The position numbers and the translations under genes were made by a program. A stretch of 50,257 bases of DNA, from assembly GCA_049512075.1 (NCBI GenBank), contig JBEKXL010000017.1:1-50257 (forward strand), read 5' to 3'. The DNA comes from Candidatus Bathyarchaeia archaeon. Lineage in GTDB: Archaea > Thermoproteota > Bathyarchaeia > Bathyarchaeales > Bathycorpusculaceae. Under the pieces are notes generated by a model that saw nothing but the letters and a program-made list of their open reading frames with translations, ran no database searches and was not told the DNA's origin. Shown here in pieces: positions 9,899 to 20,059 of the stretch. Within the stretch, counting starts at the first letter, position 1. Each line of letters starts with the position of its first letter.

Positions 9899-10234
9899 CT
9901 CTTCAACTCCAACAAACTATTGCAGTCCTCATTGACGTTTTCAGGCATATAGCTCTAACCCGCGCGTCATACGTTCATCTTCCTGCCATGCGCAGGAACA
10001 TAAGCTCAGAGTCAAGCAAACCTTAAGCACGACGAAATCCTCCCACAGCGCGCGTTGCCCTGCAACGGCACAAGCGCCTTGGTCACGGGTAGCGCACGCC
10101 AGGATCGCGCGGGTTCGTGAGGCAATGGCTTGACAAACACTTGAGAGGGAGGTCAGTTTGCTCACAGATTTCAAGGCTTGGAATTAGTATCGACACTGCG
10201 CCGTTAACGCGTATAGCGCGCGCTAGGTTTGGGT

Positions 10235-13200
10235 TCAACTAAGCCTGAAGTTTTGTCTTCTGTCTGATTTGGTTTTAGGTATGCTTATGGTGAATTGTGC
10301 TCCTTTGCCTGGCACGCCCGTTTCGTCGATTGCCCAGCCATAAACATCCATCACCCTGCTAACCATGTAAAGTCCGTAGCCTGAGCCTTTGCCAGTGGTG
10401 AAGCCTTCAGTGAAAAGCTTGGATTTTGCGTCTCGAGATATGCCAACGCCATCATCCTCATATATCAGCTTCAGCTTGTCCTCGAATTCCTCATAGCGGA
10501 CTCTGATTTGAGTCAACTTCTCGCCATACTTGAGCGAGTCATCAATCAAATTGTAGAAAAGCTGCCTCAGGAGCGAATCAGCCAACACGGTCAATCCTCC
10601 GCACTCGTTCGCAATTCTGATGCCTTTCAAGTCTGAGAAGAGCGACGCTGCCTCGCCAACAGCCTTACTAACGCTCAAGTAGGCTAGTTGTTCGACGCCC
10701 AGCTTCTCGTATGTTCTTGCAAACTCAAAAATTGTTTCCACGTTTCTGACCGCGTTTTCCATGTCGGCCAACTGCTCCAACGCTTCAGGGTTTCCAGCCA
10801 GCTTCTTCTTCAACAGATAAGCGTTTCCAGTCACCCTGCAAAGCTTGTTTCGCACGTCATGCCTCGTGAGGCTACCGACAACCCGCAGTTTTTCCTCCAG
10901 ATTCTTCCTTTCCATAATGTCGCGGAACACGACGAGATCAGCCGGTTTGCCTTTGTAATCGATTTTCGCCGCGTTTATTTCGTAAATCAGCTTTCCCCCG
11001 TTCTTCTTTAGCAGTTCGACCTCATATGGTTGCACGTTCATTCCCATCATTCTTTCGGCCAGTTTCTTTATCATTACTGCTTTGGTCTTCGCCCCAAACA
11101 TCTTTACTTTCAGCAAGTTCTTTCCAACAAGCTCTTCCTTCTTGAACCCTGTTATTTCTTCAGCTTTTTGCGTGACTTCCAAGATTTTTCCTCTTCCATC
11201 CACTACAGCAACTGGGTCAGCCATAAGGTCAAACAACATTTGGAAATGTTTCCTCGACTCTTCCGATTCTTCCTGCGCCCTTTTCAGCTCAGTGATGTCC
11301 TTGTATATCCCAATATAGCCAAGCAGATTGTTTTCAAAGGTTACTGGAGCAGCAGAAATCGACACTGGCACCAGCGACCCATCCTTTCTCTTTCTAACAG
11401 TGTCATGACTGGCATATCCGTTCTTCGCGTCTCTGTCCAGGCTTTCTGCCTCTTCGCGCATGTCTTCTGGCACTACGACCTTGTTTATTTTTTTGCCCTT
11501 GACTTCCTCTACAGAGTAACCGAACAGCTGGCAGAAACGAGGATTCACGTTCACTACTATGAAGTTCACGTCCAGATAGATGGCTGCTTCAGGATTGTCC
11601 ATGAAAAGCCGTTCAAATTTCTGTTGACTTTCTCGAATTTCTGTTGCATATTTTTCCAAATTCCAGGCATACTCTGAGTTGCTTATCGCGGTGGCGGCGT
11701 GTGACGCTAGGATTTCAAGCAACTCCTGATCTTCTTCGTCAAAAGCGTTCAATCTTTTGTCTTCTACGTTTAGTACTCCAAGGATTTCTTGCCCAGCTTT
11801 GATTGGTACGGCGAGTTCGGAAAGTATGCCAGGGAGTCCTTCCACGAAGTCTGTATTCTTTCTTACATCTTGAACGATTACGGAATTGCCAGTCTTTGCC
11901 ACCTTAATAGTTATGCCCTTCTTGCTGCCATCCAACGGCAACTCAAGTGGAAAAGGTTCTGGATATCCACGTTGATCTACTATGTAAAGCATGTTTTTGT
12001 CAATAATGAAGAAATCTGCATACTCAAATCCCAGAACTTTTTGCATGGCGTCCAAGGTTAGGCGATATATTTCTTCCCTTTTCTCCGCCATGTTTAGGTC
12101 CCGACTGTAGATGTTCAACGCCGAAAGTCTTTCCTCATAACGTTTCCTTTCAGTAATATCCCTATGTATAACCTCTATGCCAATGGCTCTGCCTTTCTTC
12201 TTATACGCGCTAACGCTGAGCTCCATTGGAATAGATTCTCCTCTCTTGTTCACCCCCCTTATTTCGTATATGAGGGGGAGTTCTTCTTCTGAGTATTTTG
12301 TTTGATATTTTTCTAGAACCATGGCGCGATCGTCAGGGTGAACAAAATCCAAGAACACTTTGCCTTTCAGTTCTTCATTGGTGTATCCCGATGATTTCTT
12401 GAACGCTCCGTTGTAGTCTATGAGGCGGCCTTCTCTTCCAACGAAGATGCCCACAGGGTCTTGTATGCTTTCGAACAAGTCCCTAAACCTTTCCTCAGAC
12501 TCCTTCAACGTTTCCTCCGTTTTCTTGCGTTCAGTTATGTCAGTGAATATCGCTTGCACGGCTGGTTGTCCTCCATGTTCTATGCGAGCAGAAGACAGCT
12601 CTAGCCATACCATAGTTCCGTCTTTTCTGATTCCTCGAACATCGTACTGTGGTTGTGCCTGCTTTCCTTCCAATCGGTCTTTGAATCGTTCGAAAAAGAG
12701 CTCTCGGTCGTCTGGGTGCACGAGTCCTGCTGTTTGTTGAGGCGAGAGTAACGTCAATTCTTCAACAGTATAGCCCAGAATCTTTGAAATTGTGGAGTTA
12801 GCGAAGACTATGTGAGGTATTGGTCCTTGTGCGATCATTATTCCCTGCGTTGATTGTTCGACTAATGATCGATATTCTGCTTCCGACTTCTTGAGCGCGG
12901 TCGCAGATCCTCTTAGAGCCTCTTCTGCTTTCTTGCGCTCCGAGACATCTCTTGTTACCACCATTAGGCTAGTAGGCATGCCACAGGCATCTCTGACAAC
13001 GTTTGCATACAATTCTGCTGGAAATTCGCGACCGTCAGCAGTCAAGAGCGAGATTTCAGCTTTCCTGGCAGAGCCTTCTCTTAGCGTGTTTCCAAACAGT
13101 TCCATTGCTCGAGAATGATCTCTGGGAGCTACGTAGTCAAAGCTGCTCTTGCCCAAGATTTCTCCTTTCTCAGAGAAACCGTGCAAAGTCATTGCAGCTT

Positions 13201-13777
13201 CGTTGAGTTCGGCCACGTTTCCATTTAGATCGAAAATTGTAATGGCGTCAGGAGACGAAGCGAATATTGCTTCCAGCTTCTTCTCTCTGTCTAACCGGGC
13301 CGCTTCCGATTCACGCAGCTTTTCTTCAGACCTTCTAATCTGGACCAGTTCCGTTATGCTGTGAGCTAGCTCCGTGTAAACAGTTTCAGTTTCTCCCACC
13401 TTGTTGAGGTACTGGTTGGCTCCCAAGTTAAGGGATTTTATCGCGACCTCTTCTCTTCCTTTTCCAGTGAACATGATGAATGGGATAGTGTTTCCGTTCT
13501 TTCTCAGCATTTCCAGGAATTCTAGCCCGTCTTTGCCCGGCATTTGATAGTCTGAGATGACTGCGTCGTACTCTTTCTCTTTCAGTTTGTTAAAGGCTTC
13601 TTCAACGGAGCCTGCAGTGTCAACTTGAAACGGGCCCTGCAATTCCAGACATTGCTTCGCAATTTTCAGCAAGTCCAGCTCATCGTCAACGTGCAAGACA
13701 CGAATCAGCTTCTTCTCATCGGAACCGACGACTATCTCGGCATGTGACTGAACAGCAGATTCAGCCATGGAAATCAC
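10235..13777 (-). CDS. Hybrid sensor histidine kinase REC-PAS(x3)-GAF-PAS(x2)-HisK-HATPase
   Basis: REC (HVDDE, SDYQMP, FTGKG), repeated PAS/PAC ends (DITERK), GAF (SELAVPI), H-box RHDVRN, DDGVG and GxGYGL boxes. Confidence 0.95.
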   Translation of the reverse strand: MISMAESAVQSHAEIVVGSDEKKLIRVLHVDDELDLLKIAKQCLELQGPFQVDTAGSVEEAFNKLKEKEYDAVISDYQMPGKDGLEFLEMLRKNGNTIPFIMFTGKGREEVAIKSLNLGANQYLNKVGETETVYTELAHSITELVQIRRSEEKLRESEAARLDREKKLEAIFASSPDAITIFDLNGNVAELNEAAMTLHGFSEKGEILGKSSFDYVAPRDHSRAMELFGNTLREGSARKAEISLLTADGREFPAELYANVVRDACGMPTSLMVVTRDVSERKKAEEALRGSATALKKSEAEYRSLVEQSTQGIMIAQGPIPHIVFANSTISKILGYTVEELTLLSPQQTAGLVHPDDRELFFERFKDRLEGKQAQPQYDVRGIRKDGTMVWLELSSARIEHGGQPAVQAIFTDITERKKTEETLKESEERFRDLFESIQDPVGIFVGREGRLIDYNGAFKKSSGYTNEELKGKVFLDFVHPDDRAMVLEKYQTKYSEEELPLIYEIRGVNKRGESIPMELSVSAYKKKGRAIGIEVIHRDITERKRYEERLSALNIYSRDLNMAEKREEIYRLTLDAMQKVLGFEYADFFIIDKNMLYIVDQRGYPEPFPLELPLDGSKKGITIKVAKTGNSVIVQDVRKNTDFVEGLPGILSELAVPIKAGQEILGVLNVEDKRLNAFDEEDQELLEILASHAATAISNSEYAWNLEKYATEIRESQQKFERLFMDNPEAAIYLDVNFIVVNVNPRFCQLFGYSVEEVKGKKINKVVVPEDMREEAESLDRDAKNGYASHDTVRKRKDGSLVPVSISAAPVTFENNLLGYIGIYKDITELKRAQEESEESRKHFQMLFDLMADPVAVVDGRGKILEVTQKAEEITGFKKEELVGKNLLKVKMFGAKTKAVMIKKLAERMMGMNVQPYEVELLKKNGGKLIYEINAAKIDYKGKPADLVVFRDIMERKNLEEKLRVVGSLTRHDVRNKLCRVTGNAYLLKKKLAGNPEALEQLADMENAVRNVETIFEFARTYEKLGVEQLAYLSVSKAVGEAASLFSDLKGIRIANECGGLTVLADSLLRQLFYNLIDDSLKYGEKLTQIRVRYEEFEDKLKLIYEDDGVGISRDAKSKLFTEGFTTGKGSGYGLYMVSRVMDVYGWAIDETGVPGKGAQFTISIPKTKSDRRQNFRLS

Positions 13778-14243
13778 ACTTCATACAGTACACTACACTC
13801 ACGCGTGCATTGGCAACGTTGTCTTGGATGTCTTGCTCCTGATTAAACACTTATGAACACAAAATCAATACACAAAAGCAACCCCTCCAAAACCACACTA
13901 CACCCAAAGTAAAACCAATATTAAACCATAAAAGACAGAAAAAGAGGGTTTCCGCCCAAGAGAGACGGAAAGTCTCAATGAGCGCAACACAGGTTCGTTA
14001 CAGTGAAAAAAAGGAAGTTAGGAACACGCATGCGCGCTAAGAGTACGGTACTTGAGTTAATCTCATGATATTCTTTGTCCCAATTTACAGCAGCAAGAAA
14101 GTCTCAAGAGTTCTTGTCAAATCTCCAATTCTATTAAACCTTTTTTGGTACCAAGTGATAGTATAAATAGGTGTAGCACTGAAAGAAACTATAGGTAACC
14201 TTTGGGAGGCTACTTGTTGTTTGCTCAAAAAAGGGGAACTTTA

Positions 14244-14471
14244 ATGGTAGACAAGAACAAGGAAGAAGAGAACAGCACATGGGTTTGTCCTTCTTGTGGG
14301 CAAAGATATACAGCGCCGCTGACAGCAGGAGTACGCACTAAATGTCAAAACTGTGGGAAAGTGTTTTACACTGAAGGAATTGACGTGGAAAATCTTGAAT
14401 CTCGAAAGCTTCAAGATGAAATGCAAAGACGCAGACGAAGGGAAGTTGAAGCTGACCAAGAACATGAATGA
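14244..14471 (+). CDS. Small zinc-ribbon protein
   Basis: CPSC...CQNC with a charged tail; ATG at 14244 after GGGGA; TATAAATA upstream near 14162. Confidence 0.7.
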   Translation: MVDKNKEEENSTWVCPSCGQRYTAPLTAGVRTKCQNCGKVFYTEGIDVENLESRKLQDEMQRRRRREVEADQEHE

Positions 14472-14620
14472 ACCCTAACGTTCCTAGAGTTCATCACAAA
14501 TAACTTAACATTATCAGAACAAACAGAAAGACAGACATCATAGTCCTTGATGCAAGGACAGTCGAGATGGATGCCCTTACTAGCTTTCGCGCATTTTGAA
14601 GCTTTAAAAAAAGAGGGAGA

Positions 14621-15214
14621 CTAGGCGAAGATCGCCCATATACTCACTGTCCAACTGCCTGTCGACGCTGAGAGCGCCGCGTCATTGAACTGAACTGTTA
14701 CTGCTGAGCTGTCGTAGTAACCAACGGCTGCAGTGAACGCGTCTGAATAGCCAATTAGGCTATTTTCAGTCTCATTGTAGGCAAGGTCAACGGTTTTGCC
14801 GCTGAAAGTCAACGTAACCATGTCTGGAGTCAACTGGTTAAAAGCGCTATAATTGAACTGGGGCACAATAGGCGTAGAAACGGGGGAACCTGAGACAGAC
14901 CCGTTGTTTATTGGCGTTGGTATCTCCGGGTAGACCCACCATTGTTGTGAGACATCAAAAACTATTCTGATCGTATAGGACTCTGACGGGTTCAGGTTCT
15001 CTGTCACAACATGGAATGCGTATGGAACGCCCAAAGAGACTTCGTTAGGTATGTCGCCAACTTTGGTGAGCCTTATTGGAGAAGTCAAGCTGGTGTAACT
15101 GTCCAACTCGTTGCTTGCACGTTGCCCAGAAAGAACGGCAGAAGCGGCGAAGACTGCTCCGATCAACGCCAGTGTCGTCAGTGCAGCTACAATGGCTATC
15201 CTCCTTTTTCTCAT
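14621..15214 (-). CDS. Secreted or membrane-anchored protein, hypothetical
   Basis: MRKRRI plus a hydrophobic signal/anchor, Ser/Thr-rich beta domain; T-tract after the stop on the minus strand. Confidence 0.75.
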   Translation of the reverse strand: MRKRRIAIVAALTTLALIGAVFAASAVLSGQRASNELDSYTSLTSPIRLTKVGDIPNEVSLGVPYAFHVVTENLNPSESYTIRIVFDVSQQWWVYPEIPTPINNGSVSGSPVSTPIVPQFNYSAFNQLTPDMVTLTFSGKTVDLAYNETENSLIGYSDAFTAAVGYYDSSAVTVQFNDAALSASTGSWTVSIWAIFA

Positions 15215-15344
15215 AGAGTCACCAAAGACAAATCGGCCTGCGGACACTTAATACCAAGCATTAGTACATTTAATACCAAGAATTAGTACACGACAACACG
15301 CGCTAGTTCATCATTGCCTAGTTTCACTCTCGATTATGAAGCCA

Positions 15345-15369
15345 GGGTGCGCTGGGATTTGAACCCAGC
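15345..15369 (-). other. tRNA 3' fragment (T-arm plus acceptor 3' strand), att-like scar
   Basis: Minus strand GCTGGG-TTCAAAT-CCCAG-CGCACCC; no D or anticodon arm upstream. Confidence 0.6.
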
Positions 15370-15586
15370 AAACTCATAGAAGAGGATTGAAATGGCCGGG
15401 TTTAAAGATTGGTTGGAGAAAAGGCGAAAGAGAAAGGCGCTTATCGACGCGCTCGCGCCAGAGATTGCTAGACCAAAACCTATAATTGCCATAATCAGTC
15501 CTACCATTCTTATGGCTAGTCATTCTTTACCAACTCAATGCTGTTCTTGGCTGCATGAACGGAACTCTAAGTGGGAAGCGCGCGCG

Positions 15587-15737
15587 AAATAGCAAAAGCA
15601 TCCATAGTCACGACGCAACAATCTACCGAATAATAGAAAACCTCAAAGCAGCCATGCTAATACAAGACAAAGAAAAAGTCTACAGAATGAACGACCCCAT
15701 GCTCCGAACACTCCTACTAACCTCACAAGCAACTTAA
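15587..15737 (+). pseudogene. C-terminal wHTH fragment resembling archaeal ATPase tails
   Basis: HDATIYRIIENLKAAMLIQ...YRMNDPML; begins at the GCGCGCGCG at 15578. Confidence 0.55.
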
Positions 15738-15801
15738 GGGGTGTAAGAACTTACAGGGGTAAGAAACAGACAAGACCTGTTGCCACTTCCCAGCAGGTCT
15801 T

Positions 15802-16090
15802 GCGCGCGCGTCAAGAGCGTCCTGCGAGTTGACAAGAAATTCAGATCCCACGGACCCGAAGACCAGAGAAAGCAGTATCATAAGCGGCCTGCTGTTGAAG
15901 CTGTTTTTAGCTTCCTCAAAACCCAGCACAGCCTAGCCATGAACAAGGTTAGAGGAGTAAGAAACGTCGCCGTCTACGCTCTCTACAGCATATTCAGCCT
16001 AATCCTAACAAGAGAAGTAGCTGAAAACCTCGGAAGACAAGACAAAACAGTCTCACCAACCTACTTCAACACCTAATTCGGGACAAGGCA
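15802..16090 (+). mobile_element. 3' remnant of a DDE insertion sequence (IS5/IS1182-like) with right terminal repeat
   Basis: YHKRPAVEAVFSFLK...KVRG, a Y-x2-R-x3-E-x6-K pattern; TTCGGGACAAGGCA (16077-16090) is the exact reverse complement of 50137-50150. Confidence 0.8.
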
Positions 16091-16182
16091 GCGCGCTAAA
16101 GTAGCTGATAGGTCTATTACCGTCGCGCGCGTAGTGTTGTCCATACGGGCCTTACACTGCGGGCAATACTATCCCGCGCGGA

Positions 16183-19100
16183 TTAAACAATATGATAGTT
16201 TTCTTTTCCATTTTGATTAGTTTTAGGTATAGTTATTGTAAACAGGACTCCTTTGCCAGTTTCACCTGTCTCCTGTATGGTCCAACCGTAAACTTCCATC
16301 ATCTTCTTGATTAAGTACAACCCGTAGCCAGTGCTTCCTCCTGTGCTGTATCCTTCTTTGAAGATGTGCCGCTTGTTGGCAACAGGTATGCCCACGCCGT
16401 CATCCTCGTAGAATACTTCCAGCTTATCTTGTTCTGTTTTCTCATAGCGTACCTTTATCGTAGTAATCTTTTGGCCATACTTTAGCGAGTTGTCGATTAG
16501 GTTGTAGAAGAGCTGTCTTAGCAGTGAATCTGCCAGAACAGTCAGTCCATGGCAATCATTGACTACGTTCAAGTTAATCAAACCTGAAAAGAGCGATACT
16601 GCTTCACCGAACGTTTTTTCCACGTCAATGTAGGTCATATCTTCAACACCCAGCATCTCATAGGTCTTGGCGAAGTCAAAGATCCTCACGATCTCTGTGC
16701 AAGCTTGTTCCATCTCTTTGAGACCATCAACAATGTCCATGTGTTCAGCATACTTCTTCTTGAGCAGGAAAGCATTTCCTGTCACTGTGCCGAGCTTGTT
16801 TCTGACATCATGTCTGGTCAATCCGCCAACGACTTGAAGCTTTTCATTCATTGTTTCAAGTCTCTTCTCAGCATTCTTCATATCTGAAATGTCTTTGTAC
16901 ATCGCAACAAATCCTGTGGGTTTACCTTCAACTACGATTGGAGCTGCAGAAACGGCCACAGGAACTAGTAATCCATCCTTTCTTCGCCTTTCTGTATTGT
17001 GGTAAACATATCCCTCCACTGCTTTCCTATCCAGAGCCTCCGCTTCGCCCATCTTGCTTTTCTGCACTACTACATCGTTGATGTGTTTTCCTCTGATTTC
17101 CTCAAGAGAATATCCAAAGAGTTCTTCAAAGCGGGGGTTTATTTCCAAAACGCGATAGTCTGGCCCGACATACGCGGCGGCTTCAGGATTGCCCATAAAC
17201 AAGCCCCTGAATCTCTGTTGGCTCTCCTTAACCGTCTTTTCAAATTGCTTTCGCTCCTCCAAACCCCTTATAATCACCTGCACTCCCACGACGTTCCCTT
17301 CTCGGGTTAAGACACTGAAGCAATATTCTGCCATAAGAGTTCCATTTGGAGTCTGTATCTCGATTTCATTCTTGGCAGGTTTCCCCTGCGCTGCTTGAGA
17401 AAAGTCCTTCATAAGGACAGGGTGATACTTTCTGGGAACAAGATCAAGGATGCTATTTCCGACGACATCCTCCTTTCTATAACCGTACCGCAGAACAGCA
17501 TTGTTTGCTTCAATCACTCTTCCATTCAGGTCAAGTGCAAGTATGCCATCGTATGCATTCTCAAAGAGCTCCCTGTACTTTCGTTCAGAGTGGTTGAGGG
17601 CTTCTTCTGCTTTTTTGCGTTCAGTTATGTCTCTATATGATCCGCTAATGCCAACAATCTTCTCTCCCTCTCTTATGGGGCTGCTTCTATACTCCAAGAT
17701 TCTCTTCCCTTTCGGAGTGTCTATTTCGATTTCATTTTCAACACATTTTCCTTGGAGAATTTGCTTTACTTCTTCACGTAATCTTGGCCACTGTTCTTCA
17801 GGAACAAACTCCAGCATATTTCTCCCTATATGCTCGGCACGTGCAAAACCATACGCCATGGCGACTTTGTTTACAGCAGTCAGATTCCCCTTCAAGTCAT
17901 ATGCGACCATGAGCTCCTTTGAGTTCTCGAAAAGATCCCTGTACCTTTCTTCTGAACTTCTAAGAGCCTCTTCAGTCTTCTTCCGCCCAGTGATGTCGCT
18001 GATGGCGGTTACTCTGGCCATAATTCCTTTGTAGCGAATGGGTTTGGCCCGTATCTCAACCGGGAAAACAGAACCATCTTTCCTCATTGCCAAGTGCTCG
18101 TACGGGCCTTCGTATCCTGTTCGCATATTTGCCATAACAAAGTCGCGTGATTCGGGAGCCACAAAATCGAACACAGACTTGCCTATCAGTTCGCCCGGTT
18201 CATATCCCAACATTTTCTCCAATTGAGCATTAGCGTCAATGATTTTCGCTTGTTCGCTGATTCCAATTCCCTCAAAGGTCGCAGCAGATATCGTGGAAGA
18301 ACGCTCCTCACTCTCCCTCAGGGCCTCCTCTGCCTTTTTGCGTTCGGTGATGTCTTGGACCATGGATAACACGCCGATTACAGAATTGTCCTCTCGTTTG
18401 AGGGGGGTATTAGTCCATGAGCAGGTTATCGTTCTACCGTCTCTGGTGAAATTATCGTTGACACTGTTGGCGGTCTCATCTCCTTCGAGCAACCGCTGCC
18501 AGATTTTATCTGCGACGGGTTGAGCTTCTTTGGGCACAATAGTGTCGTACGGATGTTTGCCTATGACGTCTTTTGCAGAATATCCGAAAATGGTCTCTGC
18601 AGCAGGATTCCATGAAATAGCCTTGAAGTCTTTATCCCAGACGATACAACCAATAGGCATTCTCTTGATCTGCAGCTCTAACTGATCTTTGGTTTCCTTC
18701 AGCGCAGCTTCAGCCTTCTTGCGCTCGGTGACGTCTCTCACAATGGCCAGAGAGCCTGTTGGCATGTTGTTCTTTCGAATGATTGTGGAGCTTATTTCAA
18801 TGAACTTTTTCTCACCTTTCTCGCTTTCGATTTCAAATTCGAATCTCTCTGTTGGTTTGCCCATCGCTTGCTGTCCAAGTTTCTCAACTAGAACAGGCAC
18901 GTCATTTAAGCTGACTAAGCCCAGGCCAAGAAACGATTTTCCAACAATGTCTTCTTTTCGCTTTTCTGCCATCTCTGCTGCCTTCTGGTTCAAATCCACT
19001 ATTCTTCCGGACAGGTCCACGAAGACGAGTCCGTCATTTGCTTTCTCAAAGAGGTCTCTGAACTTCTCTTCGGATTCACCTTGTTTTTCTTCGGCTTTTC

Positions 19101-19527
19101 TAGCTTTGGCCAATTCTGTGATGCTGTGAGCTAGTTCCACATAGACGGTTTCGGTTTCTCCCAATTTGTTGACGTATTGGTTGGCTCCAAGGTTGAGCGC
19201 CTTTATTGCAACTTCCTCTCTTCCTTTTCCTGTGAACATGATAAAGGGAATCGCATTCCCTTTGCTTCTCAGTGCTTTCAGGAATTCCAGACCGTCTTTT
19301 CCAGGCATCTGGTAGTCGGAAACCACGATGTCATACTTGTCCTTCTCCAGTTTCATCAAAGCTTCTTCAACAGAAAGGGCCGTGTCAACTTGAAGCGGTC
19401 CTTCCATTTCCAAACACTGCTTAGTAATCTTCAGAAGACCAGAGTCATCATCCACATGCAAAACATGTATCTTATCGTTCAAATCTAGCACTATTTTTGC
19501 AGAAGATTCAACCACGTGCTCTTCCAT
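16183..19527 (-). CDS. Hybrid sensor histidine kinase REC-PAS(x6)-HisK-HATPase
   Basis: Same REC and kinase motifs as 10235-13777; N-box NLIDNSLKY intact; likely start ATG 19527 (MEEHVV). Confidence 0.95.
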   Translation of the reverse strand: MEEHVVESSAKIVLDLNDKIHVLHVDDDSGLLKITKQCLEMEGPLQVDTALSVEEALMKLEKDKYDIVVSDYQMPGKDGLEFLKALRSKGNAIPFIMFTGKGREEVAIKALNLGANQYVNKLGETETVYVELAHSITELAKARKAEEKQGESEEKFRDLFEKANDGLVFVDLSGRIVDLNQKAAEMAEKRKEDIVGKSFLGLGLVSLNDVPVLVEKLGQQAMGKPTERFEFEIESEKGEKKFIEISSTIIRKNNMPTGSLAIVRDVTERKKAEAALKETKDQLELQIKRMPIGCIVWDKDFKAISWNPAAETIFGYSAKDVIGKHPYDTIVPKEAQPVADKIWQRLLEGDETANSVNDNFTRDGRTITCSWTNTPLKREDNSVIGVLSMVQDITERKKAEEALRESEERSSTISAATFEGIGISEQAKIIDANAQLEKMLGYEPGELIGKSVFDFVAPESRDFVMANMRTGYEGPYEHLAMRKDGSVFPVEIRAKPIRYKGIMARVTAISDITGRKKTEEALRSSEERYRDLFENSKELMVAYDLKGNLTAVNKVAMAYGFARAEHIGRNMLEFVPEEQWPRLREEVKQILQGKCVENEIEIDTPKGKRILEYRSSPIREGEKIVGISGSYRDITERKKAEEALNHSERKYRELFENAYDGILALDLNGRVIEANNAVLRYGYRKEDVVGNSILDLVPRKYHPVLMKDFSQAAQGKPAKNEIEIQTPNGTLMAEYCFSVLTREGNVVGVQVIIRGLEERKQFEKTVKESQQRFRGLFMGNPEAAAYVGPDYRVLEINPRFEELFGYSLEEIRGKHINDVVVQKSKMGEAEALDRKAVEGYVYHNTERRRKDGLLVPVAVSAAPIVVEGKPTGFVAMYKDISDMKNAEKRLETMNEKLQVVGGLTRHDVRNKLGTVTGNAFLLKKKYAEHMDIVDGLKEMEQACTEIVRIFDFAKTYEMLGVEDMTYIDVEKTFGEAVSLFSGLINLNVVNDCHGLTVLADSLLRQLFYNLIDNSLKYGQKITTIKVRYEKTEQDKLEVFYEDDGVGIPVANKRHIFKEGYSTGGSTGYGLYLIKKMMEVYGWTIQETGETGKGVLFTITIPKTNQNGKENYHIV

Positions 19528-20059
19528 TTGAATACCTTCTGTGCCTACCGCTACTGTGAGACATCGAATAGTTACAACAAACATTACACGCGATAAAGCA
19601 ATTATGAAGCTACAATTAATACTCAGAATCGAACAGGAACACATGATGAGAAATCGTGCGAACGCGCCCGAGATTCTTGTCGCGCGCGCTCTAGAATAAC
19701 CCCAAATTTTCTTCTTCTATTAGTCTCAGCGTCCGTTATGGAAGAATTTTCTATCAGTCTTTATGAACCCGCTTCACCCGTCAATTAGCGCGTGCGTTGG
19801 CAAGACCGACTTGACTGGTCGCATAATCTGTCTTTGTTCAGAAGCGTGCGTTTCAATCGTAATCATTCATTCTAGTCTACGATATTGTTTCATAATGGGA
19901 CTACGCGCGAATATCAGTCTGCCTGACGCTACATAGACATAGCACAGCACTGAACGACAAGTAAATACCATAGATGTCGATTCTTGATCAGTATACCTTA
20001 TTATCAACTGGAACAAACACTTTAAATCTCAGCCGTTTGAAAAAGGAAAGAGGGTCAAC

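Noticed and set aside
2702-10225. Classical integron (integrase plus cassette array)
   Set aside because: No attC-type R/L box hairpins or IntI-specific insertion seen; blocks carry their own promoters and the palindrome also flanks housekeeping operons.
15369-15393. CAAACTCATAGAAGAGGATTGAAAT resembles crenarchaeal CRISPR repeats ending GAGGATTGAAAG
   Set aside because: Single copy, and equally explained as GAGG SD plus the ATG of a gene start (MAGFKDWLEK).
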